This document shows positions 19,517 to 28,562 of a stretch of DNA of 61,480 nt, piece by piece. Location: the IMG/VR virus record IMGVR_UViG_3300032290_001212, positions 1-61,480 of that record, one strand, 5' to 3'. This stretch comes from a virus (taxonomy: Duplodnaviria > Caudoviricetes). Made by a program: the position numbers and the translations under genes. A model generated the notes under the pieces. It saw only the letters and a program-made list of their open reading frames with translations. It was not told where the DNA came from and made no database searches. Each line of letters begins with the position of its first letter. The stretch's first letter is position 1.

Positions 19517-19933
19517 TTACTTGCGATAGAACACAACTGCGCTTGATGAAGCCACACGAACCAAGAACGTACCGCTAGAAGCAGCTGAAACAGCAGCCGA
19601 ACCAACGATGGTCGTTCCAGTATTCACCGTGAGCGTCAACGCATGAGTTGAAGCCGCAAGGTTAATGATCGTGACTTCAAAAGTGTCACCAACCGCATAA
19701 CCACCAAGCAATGCAACGATCGAAGCGGCAGTAGGTGCTTGGATGTTCCGGGCTTGCGTAGGTGTTGCTGACACAATTCCGTCAGTAACAGCCTGAGCAG
19801 CCGAAATAACCATTGAACCACCATCTGCAACCGTGTTAGCAGCCTTCGTAACCGAAAGCGACTTAGCACGGACAGGGCCGTTTGAACGCACAGCACCAAA
19901 AAGTGCTTTGCCTTTAGTAAGTCTGTTTGCCAT
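19517..19933 (-). CDS. Head decoration/virion protein
   Basis: PTAA.IVA...GDTFE..IIN motif; directly after MCP. Confidence 0.65.
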   Translation of the reverse strand: MANRLTKGKALFGAVRSNGPVRAKSLSVTKAANTVADGGSMVISAAQAVTDGIVSATPTQARNIQAPTAASIVALLGGYAVGDTFEVTIINLAASTHALTLTVNTGTTIVGSAAVSAASSGTFLVRVASSSAVVFYRK

Positions 19934-19946
19934 TATCGGCTCCTAA

Positions 19947-20897
19947 CTAAGCTACGCAAGCTGAGAAGAAGTAACCGAGGTCTGAACCGATCACCTTCAT
20001 GTCGAATGCAACTTCGGCTTCAATACGGTCAGCCTTGTACTGTTCCATACGCATACGCGATACACCAACAGTCTGGTTCAAGCCACCTGAAACACCAGTC
20101 CACGACATGATGTAACCGCCTGAAGGCTGGAGGAGTCCTGCCGATGGAGCGGAGTAGGTCAAAAGGGCGTTCTTGCCGTAGTTGAACGCATAAGCAGCGG
20201 TGCCGCCTTCGTTGTTCGTGGCCTTGACGCTCTTAGCGACCATAACGCGTGGCACACCGAACAAGCTTGCCATCACATCTTCGGTGAGGACATTGCTTGA
20301 GGTGTACTTGATACGGTCAACGAGATCTGGGTGGTTCTTCAATTGGATGAACACGTCGTAACCAAGCACCAAGGTGTTTGGCTCGTACCCGGTCACGCTC
20401 AAAATTGCGCGCTTACCTGATTCAATGTCACCGATTGGGTCTGACGAGGTGTAGTCGCTCCAAAGGTTGCTTGGAGTGGTGTCTGTTCCCCATACGCCAG
20501 TTGTGAAGTAGTTGGAAACGAACTGGGTTTCCATCTTCAGAAGAAGGCGTGAGGTTACGAACTCAGCTGCTTCACGATCTACGTTGATTGGAGCGTCAGC
20601 GTTTGCACGGGTCTGGTCACCAATGTCCTTGTGGAACGCATAAACATCAGCCTGATAGCTGTCTGTCGAGAGGTTGTAACCGCCACCTGCTGACTCGGTT
20701 GCGTCTGCACGGCGTTGAGCCTCGTCACGGAACCAGTCGTTCTTGGTGTAGGTGAAGAACTTGTCGCTCTGCTTTGATACAGGAACTACAGGGAATACCC
20801 GTGTTGCGATGAAGTTTTGGTTCTGTTGAAAGTAGGCGACCGAGATATTGGTCAAGATCGCATCTACGTGAACCTGATTTTGGGTTGGCTGTGGCAT
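19947..20897 (-). CDS. Major capsid protein
   Basis: VHVDAILTNIS.AY, FP.VPV.KQSD, PN.LVLG.DV...L.NHP; HK97-fold MCP pattern and context. Confidence 0.9.
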   Translation of the reverse strand: MPQPTQNQVHVDAILTNISVAYFQQNQNFIATRVFPVVPVSKQSDKFFTYTKNDWFRDEAQRRADATESAGGGYNLSTDSYQADVYAFHKDIGDQTRANADAPINVDREAAEFVTSRLLLKMETQFVSNYFTTGVWGTDTTPSNLWSDYTSSDPIGDIESGKRAILSVTGYEPNTLVLGYDVFIQLKNHPDLVDRIKYTSSNVLTEDVMASLFGVPRVMVAKSVKATNNEGGTAAYAFNYGKNALLTYSAPSAGLLQPSGGYIMSWTGVSGGLNQTVGVSRMRMEQYKADRIEAEVAFDMKVIGSDLGYFFSACVA

Positions 20898-20915
20898 GTC
20901 TATTTGCTCCTGTGA

Positions 20916-21308
20916 TTATGCTGCGCGAGTTGGGCTTGCACAGTTGATTACTGCTGTGAGGATTTCGCCGTCTGCACCTGCACCAAGGATTACTTGGCCA
21001 ACTGCATATTCGGTGGTGTCGGTTCCTGCTGTCTTCGCATCAGCCTTACCAGCGTTGTTGGTGCCGATTACAGCACCTGCGCTAATGCTTGCTGAGGAAA
21101 CGAGTTTCGTGCCACCAGCAACCGTGATGGAAGCTTCCTGACCCGAAGTTGGGCTGTTCTGAAGAACACCAACTGGAACGTCGGTTGCAGCTGAACAAAC
21201 AACTGCTTTACCGCTTGAGATTTTCACAAACTTGTACTGTGCAGCACTAAGGTCTGCGCCAGCCTCAAGGCTGATTTTGAGGGTGTAATTGGAGATTTCG
21301 TATGCCAT
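20916..21308 (-). CDS. Capsid cement/decoration protein (DUF2190-like)
   Basis: A.ADL...QYKFV..., GVLQN.P; directly upstream of MCP. Confidence 0.8.
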   Translation of the reverse strand: MAYEISNYTLKISLEAGADLSAAQYKFVKISSGKAVVCSAATDVPVGVLQNSPTSGQEASITVAGGTKLVSSASISAGAVIGTNNAGKADAKTAGTDTTEYAVGQVILGAGADGEILTAVINCASPTRAA

Positions 21309-21329
21309 TGTTCTATTTCCTCCGGGGAA

Positions 21330-22070
21330 TTAGCGTTGCTCGGCGCGGTATGCCGCGTAGAGATCAGGGTTCTTGGTAACGATTGAAGCAACTGCTTGTT
21401 CCATCGTGCTGTATTCACCGCTGTTTACAGCGGCCTTTGCCATTGATTCAACCTTCGCATAAGCCGAACCGTCATCCGGGCGGCTTCCACGACCGATTTC
21501 ATCAAAGATTGAGGCTGATTCTGCCTGTGCATTAGCAGCCGACAAAGCCTTTTCGACCTGACCTGCGAGGTTCGCATCAATGTCAGTCAAACGGCGTAGT
21601 GCTGGGCCAAGATCCTTGGCATCAACGGTCAAATGTGACCAACCAGCGGCCTTCTGAACAAACTCTTCATCGCGGCGAGACTCACGCTCTTTGCGGAGTT
21701 CTTCCTTCGCATAAGCAGCCTCATCAGCAGCTTTTGCAAGCATTTCGCGAACTGGCTGTGGGAGAGACTTCATAATCTCTTCCTCTTCATCCATTTCTTC
21801 TTCATCGTCTTCAACTTCGACTTCAACAGCAGCTTTTTGCAACTGTTCAATTTGAGCGTGGGAGGCTTCAAGAGCCTTCTCAAGTTCAACTACACGCTCA
21901 ATATAAGCCTCTTCCAGACTTGGATCCATCAAAACTTCTTCGCTCACGTTGGCCTCTTTCGTAGCACTCTTCATAACGATCCAGCCTTCTTCAAGGTGGG
22001 CGGGGTGATCCACTCCGCTAGTTTCCAGTACTTTCAAGGCAACCATTTTGCGTTTTTTAGAACTGCTCAT
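21330..22070 (-). CDS. Scaffolding protein
   Basis: N-term ETSGVDHPAH, acidic coiled coil, C-term NPDLY..Y; many [VLIM]xK[AS] sites; likely start 22070. Confidence 0.8.
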   Translation of the reverse strand: MSSSKKRKMVALKVLETSGVDHPAHLEEGWIVMKSATKEANVSEEVLMDPSLEEAYIERVVELEKALEASHAQIEQLQKAAVEVEVEDDEEEMDEEEEIMKSLPQPVREMLAKAADEAAYAKEELRKERESRRDEEFVQKAAGWSHLTVDAKDLGPALRRLTDIDANLAGQVEKALSAANAQAESASIFDEIGRGSRPDDGSAYAKVESMAKAAVNSGEYSTMEQAVASIVTKNPDLYAAYRAEQR

Positions 22071-22181
22071 AATCACCTTGAAATCTTGCTGATCTGCCAC
22101 ATGAAGGTGTGACCTCATCCGCAAATACTGGACAGAGGCGAGTGTAGAGAGGTACTACAAACTACGAAAGTTAATAGGGGT

Positions 22182-22490
22182 TTAGTTCAAGATATTTCCT
22201 GAATGACGAACACATCCCTCGCCATAAGCAAGAGCAATCAGAACCATGTCCTGTTTCAAATCATTCAATGAATCCTGATCAATTCGCTTCAAACGATCAA
22301 CGCGACCATCAATGGCTTCCATCAATATCTGATTCAATTCCATCTTCGCCAAATCTGATGGCATGTTCACCCAATCAGGAAAATCATCTGCTTCTTCCGG
22401 GGCGATCCAAGATGGCTGCGTAACTTTCAAAGCCAAAACAGCAATACCTAAGCCGATAACACCATATGTCAACGTGGATAACAGTTCCAT
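22182..22490 (-). CDS. Hypothetical membrane-anchored protein
   Basis: N-terminal TM helix; RBS GGGAGGG. Confidence 0.6.
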   Translation of the reverse strand: MELLSTLTYGVIGLGIAVLALKVTQPSWIAPEEADDFPDWVNMPSDLAKMELNQILMEAIDGRVDRLKRIDQDSLNDLKQDMVLIALAYGEGCVRHSGNILN

Positions 22491-22540
22491 AAGTTCCCTC
22501 CCTTGGGTTGGGATAAACCTACGGTATCCAACGCATCAAA

Positions 22541-22705
22541 TCAAGCATTCTCCAAAGATTCAATAACCATCTCAACACGGCGCGAAGAATGAGCATCAGG
22601 CTTCTGACACCACGCCTCGGTTACAACCACTTGAGATTTGACCTCTTGCCCACATTCCGGGCATCGCATAACCGTCTTCGTGCGATGAACTATCTGCTTA
22701 TCCAT
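22541..22705 (-). CDS. Small zinc-finger protein (54 aa, not in ORF track)
   Basis: MDKQ...RCPECG...WC...H; TAAAGT-6nt-ATG leaderless start. Confidence 0.55.
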   Translation of the reverse strand: MDKQIVHRTKTVMRCPECGQEVKSQVVVTEAWCQKPDAHSSRRVEMVIESLENA

Positions 22706-22714
22706 ACCAACACT

Positions 22715-22912
22715 TTAGTTCAGGTCAATAAGTTCTTGTTGGCCGCCATTAAGAACGATCTGTGGCAGTCGAGCAACCTTGCCCTTAGAAGCTGACAAAC
22801 GAATATCCACTCGGTCATACGGTTGCAAACGCATCATTGCTACAAACGTGGGATCAAGCAACTGCTTTACCCAAGCCTCAATGAAGGCTGGAACGGGCTG
22901 TTCCTCGGCCAT
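22715..22912 (-). CDS. Hypothetical protein
   Basis: 65 aa, translationally coupled to the upstream gene. Confidence 0.55.
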   Translation of the reverse strand: MAEEQPVPAFIEAWVKQLLDPTFVAMMRLQPYDRVDIRLSASKGKVARLPQIVLNGGQQELIDLN

Positions 22913-24006
22913 CAGTCGTCTAATTGAACTGTGCCGTAATAGTCAACATCAAAATAGTCAGTCATAATGTCGCTGTTATCACGGTTGTACGCATTCACGA
23001 TGGAATCAACCTTGTCGTAAACGGCTTTTGATTCACCCGTCAAACGACCATAATCATCTCTAGTTTTTGGCAAACCTGAAACCCGTACACGGACAGCGTT
23101 AGTACCACGATTATCGCTCTTAACGCTGAACTTCAAGCCTTGTGGCAATTCACCGTTAGCAACAGCGTCTTTTAGATCGCGGCGAACATCTATGGCAACT
23201 TGTTTTACTGGTCGATAACCCTGATACTTAGGACCCTTGAAGCCACTACGAGAATCAAAAGTTGGTCCCGGAGTACCTGCCTTTGGTGCTACTGGTTCAT
23301 CTCGCTCAGAAACAGCATCAGCGATATCAGCTGCTTTAGCACCTAACGCCTGATCACGCTTGGCTTCATAAGCCAACTGTTCCTTCATCTTTGGGCTATC
23401 AAAACCTGTGCCTTCTTGTTCAGGCTTTTCGGCTACTTTCCCTTGCATTCGTGCTTTTAGTTCTGCTTTTATGGCGCGAGCAACAGGACCCTTGTATGAA
23501 GCTAGATTACTCAACGCATAAGCAACAACAGATTTACCTGAATCCGCACCGTACATCTCATTGATATCGCTCATGCGACTCATAGCATCAAGATAAGGTT
23601 TTGCGCCAAAAGGAATGTCCTTGCCTTGCGCTCGAAGATCACGCCGAATCATGTTTGCCAAGATTTCTATGTTTCCGCTCTTGATTTTTTTGGCTGTTTC
23701 AGGGTCAATGTCGGCTGCATCTGCTTTACGTTGTTTTATTTTTTCGTCTGCTTGTTTTGCTCCTCTTGCAGCATCACCCTGACCTTTCCATCGCATATTG
23801 GCTGCGTAGCGGCCTGCTTCTGAACGGCTAGAAAACTTCGCTTTCTCAACACCTTCAAGAATGATCGTGCGAGCATAACCAGTCACATCCCGGATATCAC
23901 CAGCATCATCAACCGCTTTCACAACAAGATCCCAATGATCTTGTGGTACATCAACGCATACACTCTTGCGAAGACCGTCTAAAAATGCTTTATCTGCTGG
24001 TTTCAT
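22912..24006 (-). CDS. Tagged polyvalent protein with C-terminal LPD29-like domain
   Basis: Tag EKAKFSSRSEAGRYAANMRW; middle FGAKPYLDAM..YGADS domain; C-term VRRDLK..KFSVKS...NSDIMTDYFDV; likely start 24006. Confidence 0.7.
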   Translation of the reverse strand: MKPADKAFLDGLRKSVCVDVPQDHWDLVVKAVDDAGDIRDVTGYARTIILEGVEKAKFSSRSEAGRYAANMRWKGQGDAARGAKQADEKIKQRKADAADIDPETAKKIKSGNIEILANMIRRDLRAQGKDIPFGAKPYLDAMSRMSDINEMYGADSGKSVVAYALSNLASYKGPVARAIKAELKARMQGKVAEKPEQEGTGFDSPKMKEQLAYEAKRDQALGAKAADIADAVSERDEPVAPKAGTPGPTFDSRSGFKGPKYQGYRPVKQVAIDVRRDLKDAVANGELPQGLKFSVKSDNRGTNAVRVRVSGLPKTRDDYGRLTGESKAVYDKVDSIVNAYNRDNSDIMTDYFDVDYYGTVQLDD

Positions 24007-24052
24007 AACGTTTGATACTACTTTCCTGTTGAGATCTCTATGGTGACTACGG

Positions 24053-25048
24053 TTATGCCGACTTTGGTTCAATGCCCATCACCGAAGTGAAAGCATTAGC
24101 CTCAGTCAACACCTGTTTGATCGGCATGTTGATCACTCGAACCTTGATCGGTGTTCCACCAAGTTTTCCATCCTTCGCATCCAAACCAACCAAAGCAGCC
24201 CAACGATGGTGACCGTCAATCACATAACCATCTGAGGAAACAAAGATTGAGTTCTCCTGCAACTTGACCGCTTTCTGTCCTTCTGGACTCATCATAAAAG
24301 CCAAGTTCGCGCCCTTCAATTCGCTTTGAGAAGCCTTCAATTGGGCCGCTGGAACAGAACCCTCACGGGTTTCAATGCCCTTCTCTGCAAGGTGCTTAAC
24401 GAACGCATCGCCAACATTGACTTCCCCGGCTTCGTCAACAGGGAACTTGTCAGGGTTATCAACAGGTGAACCTTTCTTTGGTTTACCAGCGAGTTGCGGC
24501 ATCTTGTCACGCGGGATAGGTTGCCCATCCTCGCCCTTAAGCGAAGACCCACAAAACAGGTTCGTTCCCGGAACAGAAACCTGACACAAGTTCAACTTGA
24601 CCTTCTCACCCTTCTTCTTCGCCTCTTGAGCGAAAGCATGAATGTCAGCGATCAAAGTATTGACCTCATCAACAGACCCCATAGACACCGTTTTGCCTTG
24701 ACGTAACGCATCCAAAGCTTCCTTAGGGTCATCTGTGACCACATCAGCCTTAACAGGTGCGCCACCCTGAGGTTGACCGGGTTGGGCTTTCTGATGGTTC
24801 TTCCAACGCTGTTGAGCAGCATAACGACCTGCCTCAGACCTGTTACCACCGAAACCTTGAGCCTTCTGAATCGCATCCACAAGCACTCGACCAGCAGTAC
24901 CGCCAGTTGCCTGAATACTGCCTGCCTTCTCAACCTCGGCCACAATCTGATCCCACACAGAATCAGGCAACTGCCTCAACTCTGTAGCGCGAACCATATC
25001 TAGCACGGCTTTCTGAGCCGGGCTTAAACCACCACAATTACAACTCAT
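24053..25048 (-). CDS. Tagged protein with ParB/Srx-like domain
   Basis: Tag QKAQGFGGNRSEAGRYAAQQRW; IPRDKMPQL, LKASQSE, DGYVIDGHHRWAA; likely start MSCNC at 25048. Confidence 0.75.
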   Translation of the reverse strand: MSCNCGGLSPAQKAVLDMVRATELRQLPDSVWDQIVAEVEKAGSIQATGGTAGRVLVDAIQKAQGFGGNRSEAGRYAAQQRWKNHQKAQPGQPQGGAPVKADVVTDDPKEALDALRQGKTVSMGSVDEVNTLIADIHAFAQEAKKKGEKVKLNLCQVSVPGTNLFCGSSLKGEDGQPIPRDKMPQLAGKPKKGSPVDNPDKFPVDEAGEVNVGDAFVKHLAEKGIETREGSVPAAQLKASQSELKGANLAFMMSPEGQKAVKLQENSIFVSSDGYVIDGHHRWAALVGLDAKDGKLGGTPIKVRVINMPIKQVLTEANAFTSVMGIEPKSA

Positions 25049-25265
25049 TAGGGAGATACTTCGCTTTCCACTCGGCAAAGAAACTAGGAATCCATGCTCC
25101 AGCAGTTTCGTTCACGTAACCATATTTTGTCGGCTCTTTAGCAACCTCGATCCAACCAGCCTCTTCCTCAGGGGTCGTAACGACACCATCAGTCTTGGCT
25201 GCATCCAAAGACACCCCACCGAGGATCATCCGGGCAAACGCATGTTGCTTCTCTGTATCAATCAT
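25038..25265 (-). CDS. Small hypothetical protein (antitoxin/immunity candidate)
   Basis: 75 aa, coupled to the end of the zeta-toxin-like domain gene. Confidence 0.55.
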   Translation of the reverse strand: MIDTEKQHAFARMILGGVSLDAAKTDGVVTTPEEEAGWIEVAKEPTKYGYVNETAGAWIPSFFAEWKAKYLPNEL

Positions 25266-27415
25266 TTCTGTTCTCCATAGTTCACCTTATCCAAAAAGGC
25301 TTGGTACAGGGCTGGTTCAATGATAGACGATTTACCTGCCACAGATTCAAACATTTTGACAGCGCGAGGCCGCCCATTCGCATCTTGACTGTTCGTGTCA
25401 TAAACGGCTATGGAGTCAAACTTGCCGCTCTTCACATACTCCGGGAAGTTCCGTGAAACACCCTTATGGTTAGAAATCAAGGTTTCATCTTTAACCTCTC
25501 GACCAGTTTTCAAAGAACGCGACTTGGCTCGCTGTAAAGCGTTCTCAATTGATGCCGAATAAAACACACCAACAACCTTGTCTGCCCCAGCCTCACGATA
25601 CGAGTCAACCTTGCGTAACTGTTTAGCCACACCGTTATTGGCAACACCGTCAATAACCACGTTCCTACCTGAAGCGATAGCCGTACCAGTCACCATTTGT
25701 GCGATCATCGCTGACTCCTCATGGACAAAGTTCGCCGCTTCCTTCCAAACATCATTTTTGCCACCGCCATCAATCGCATCATCCTGAGCTGCCGACGTGC
25801 GCGACTCTTCAGTACCAATCAACTGTTGGTATTCAGGCAACAAAACCTTTATCTCATCTGGGTTCACCAAAACAGCCTCATATTCGCCCTTAGAAGGATC
25901 AGCGGCAGGTGTTTTGATATCCGGGGAAGGCGTAGATTTACCTGAAGCAGCACCGCCACCCTTCACATAAACGGTCAACTGACCCGGAGCGGCCTTCGGT
26001 ATCTGAGGAGCAACGAAAATCGCTGTCGTGTCCTGCCACAACTGTTGACGCTCCGGGGTCAAATACTTGTAAACGATCTCCGAAACCTTCGTTCCATCCT
26101 TGGTTTCAAAATCGTCAATACCAACACCATTAGCCTTCAACTCTTTAGCCAAACCATCAAAGTCACAATGCGACGCGAGAGAAGGAGCCAACATTGCGGC
26201 TCGCTTACCACCAGTCGTCACAGGCGGTCGAGCGTCACCCAACAGGTTAGAAATCTCGTTACGAATACGCTCATTTCTCCATCGCATCTCAGCTGCATAT
26301 CTCCCGGCAGCTGAACGATCACCACCGAAGGACTTGCCCTTCTTGAAATCAGCCAGTCGTGCGGCCACGCGCATCTCAGCCTTCAACGCATCAACGCTCT
26401 TACCCATTGTTTTAGCCTGAATTAGACGGCCACCCTGCAAAAACACATCACCCTTAGGCGTAGAAATAGCCTGAATATCGCCACCGCGCTGTCGAGAAAT
26501 ACGTTTCGCATCAGCCTCACGACGTTCAGCTTCGACCTGATGAAGCGGTTTCGGGTTCGTGTATTCCTCGCTGAAGTAATACTTTAGGCGTTCAATCAAG
26601 CCCGGAGTTTTCTCCCCGCGTTGCTCTCGATCAAACTTACGCGATCGAGCCGCATTCAGTCGAGCTGCAAAATTAAGCCCGGCATAGCCCATAGCGGAAG
26701 CAACACGGTCTGAAACCCTTTGCTGTGCTGGACTATTCTGCCATCTCATATTTGCGGCGTAACGACCAGCTGCACTTCTATCCCCGGCGAACGATGCTTT
26801 TGCAATCGCATCAGGCATAGACATGTCAATACGTGCGGCAGCTCCACCGATAGAAAAGCCTTGAATCTTGCCTGCTTTAACCAGTTCCCAAGCCCAAGGC
26901 TTCCATTGAACGCCCAAAAAGACAGTTCCAGCCGGGTACTCGACCTGTTTGCTGTTCGCATCCTTGGTCATACCAATCGTTACTGGCACAGGGAACGACA
27001 TGGCTTCCACCCACTCACCAGCCACAATGTCCTTATTGTGTTGCAAGCGGATGCCACGATCCCCAGATTTCACATACTCCCAAAGGGATTTCTGAAGTTC
27101 ATCAGCATCAGTCCACTCCCCGTGCGCGTCATAACGATTAGGGATATACCAAGGGCCGAGCGTGAAACGGTGTTCGCTGTCAGCCTTATGGAGAAGCTCC
27201 ACATTCGCACTGGAGAGCTGCTCAGGGGCCGCCTTGACCAATTCATCATCGAAAGGCTCTTCGACCGTTTCAGAGGCTGCATCATCTTCCCCGGCTTCGT
27301 CAACATAGGCGACCATCGCCTCATCAATGGCTTCCTGAACCTGAACTGGCAAATCAACCCAATTGATCAGGCCGTTCATCCAGTCTTCGACAAGCTTCAT
27401 TTCATCCATTCGCAT
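25262..27415 (-). CDS. XkdF-like prohead protease fused via two tags to a zeta-toxin-like P-loop kinase
   Basis: DAHGEW...LQH...WELVKAGKIQGFSIGG (XkdF); tags at 26741-26800 and 26279-26337; GGAASGKST, VNPDEIK.LLPEY, HEES, NVVIDG. Confidence 0.8.
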   Translation of the reverse strand: MRMDEMKLVEDWMNGLINWVDLPVQVQEAIDEAMVAYVDEAGEDDAASETVEEPFDDELVKAAPEQLSSANVELLHKADSEHRFTLGPWYIPNRYDAHGEWTDADELQKSLWEYVKSGDRGIRLQHNKDIVAGEWVEAMSFPVPVTIGMTKDANSKQVEYPAGTVFLGVQWKPWAWELVKAGKIQGFSIGGAAARIDMSMPDAIAKASFAGDRSAAGRYAANMRWQNSPAQQRVSDRVASAMGYAGLNFAARLNAARSRKFDREQRGEKTPGLIERLKYYFSEEYTNPKPLHQVEAERREADAKRISRQRGGDIQAISTPKGDVFLQGGRLIQAKTMGKSVDALKAEMRVAARLADFKKGKSFGGDRSAAGRYAAEMRWRNERIRNEISNLLGDARPPVTTGGKRAAMLAPSLASHCDFDGLAKELKANGVGIDDFETKDGTKVSEIVYKYLTPERQQLWQDTTAIFVAPQIPKAAPGQLTVYVKGGGAASGKSTPSPDIKTPAADPSKGEYEAVLVNPDEIKVLLPEYQQLIGTEESRTSAAQDDAIDGGGKNDVWKEAANFVHEESAMIAQMVTGTAIASGRNVVIDGVANNGVAKQLRKVDSYREAGADKVVGVFYSASIENALQRAKSRSLKTGREVKDETLISNHKGVSRNFPEYVKSGKFDSIAVYDTNSQDANGRPRAVKMFESVAGKSSIIEPALYQAFLDKVNYGEQK

Positions 27416-28211
27416 TTTCCTTTTCGTGTCGAGCTGCCGCTAAATCAGCCATCTTGTAAACCAACGCCATTTTCGCCACGTTTGGGTCAGTCGGGTTATT
27501 TTGCCCTAATTCAAGCCCTTTGATGCCCGTAGCGGCGTTCCATGCTCGCGTAACATCAATTGCTTCCTTATGGCTCATACCAATCCGAATCACATTCGCT
27601 TTCGTAGAACTGCCTTTGAACTCTCTAGCCAGATATGCGGCCCAACGGTGATGCCCGTCAATCACATAATTGTCATCAGAAATGACGATGGCAGACTTAT
27701 CAAAATCGGTTGAAAACTTGTCTTCCCCGGATTCCATCCTTCGCATGATCTGCCCAGAGTTTGAACCAGAAATCTCAGACTGAATTGGCTTCAACGAGGA
27801 GGCGGTAACGGTTTCACGCGTAACTTTCACGCCACGCGACTCAAGCAAATCAATGAACTCCTGTCGGCGGCTAGACGGGATCTGAGGCATATCACGGCGA
27901 GCAATACCCAAATTGTCGTCACTCATCAAGCGTGTACCAATAATCGAAAGCTTTGTGATATCTGGGTTGTCGGTTCGATCAGCCATCGCATCCAAAACCT
28001 TTGCAAAATCCTCTGTAGTAACCCGGCTTCTCCTGCCTGCAACCGTGCGATCAACTAGCCCCTTGATATCAGAACTAGAACCAGCCGAAGTATGCCCCTG
28101 CCATCTCTGCAAAGCCGCATAACGACCTGCCTCAGAACGTGAAGCAAAAGACCGTTTCAATACCTCAAGACGAATCTGTGCTGGTGTTGAAAGACGGTTG
28201 GCCACCGCCAA
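27402..28211 (-). CDS. Tagged protein with ParB/Srx-like domain (paralog of 24053..25048)
   Basis: Tag KRSFASRSEAGRYAALQRW; IARRDMPQI, LKPIQSE, DNYVIDGHHRWAA. Confidence 0.75.
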   Translation of the reverse strand: MAVANRLSTPAQIRLEVLKRSFASRSEAGRYAALQRWQGHTSAGSSSDIKGLVDRTVAGRRSRVTTEDFAKVLDAMADRTDNPDITKLSIIGTRLMSDDNLGIARRDMPQIPSSRRQEFIDLLESRGVKVTRETVTASSLKPIQSEISGSNSGQIMRRMESGEDKFSTDFDKSAIVISDDNYVIDGHHRWAAYLAREFKGSSTKANVIRIGMSHKEAIDVTRAWNAATGIKGLELGQNNPTDPNVAKMALVYKMADLAAARHEKENANG

Positions 28212-28258
28212 AGGGTAGTGCTAAACCCTACACCTATAAGGCTTTACAATGGTTGAGG

Positions 28259-28561
28259 TTAAAGGATCGCATCCTCTGGAATGTCCTCTTCAGGTGCTTC
28301 CGGGGCATCATAAGTTTCCCACTCAATCTGCCCTTCCTCACTCCAAAGAATCCATTGCTCAATCAGGTGATAGGCAGACTGGAATTGGGTAAACGCATCA
28401 GTCGAATACAAGTCATAATTCAACACCAACGTTCCAAGACTGAACTGATCCATCTCATAACCCTCAGCGAACACGGCGAGCGCGGAAGGGCGCAAAGCAA
28501 GGCCGCCATCAAGCATCAACGCCTCACCCTTCTTGCCGTTCAATTCCCCAATGATCTGCAT
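28259..28561 (-). CDS. Small acidic hypothetical protein (immunity candidate)
   Basis: 100 aa, acidic, starts 2 nt after the metallopeptidase gene. Confidence 0.6.
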   Translation of the reverse strand: MQIIGELNGKKGEALMLDGGLALRPSALAVFAEGYEMDQFSLGTLVLNYDLYSTDAFTQFQSAYHLIEQWILWSEEGQIEWETYDAPEAPEEDIPEDAIL

Positions 28562-28562
28562 A

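Noticed and set aside
26720-27523. Long plus-strand ORFs (e.g. 26720..27523, 35049..35702, 33832..34464, 38476..39117, 11495..12079)
   Set aside because: Antisense shadows of well-supported minus-strand genes, with no motifs or RBS.
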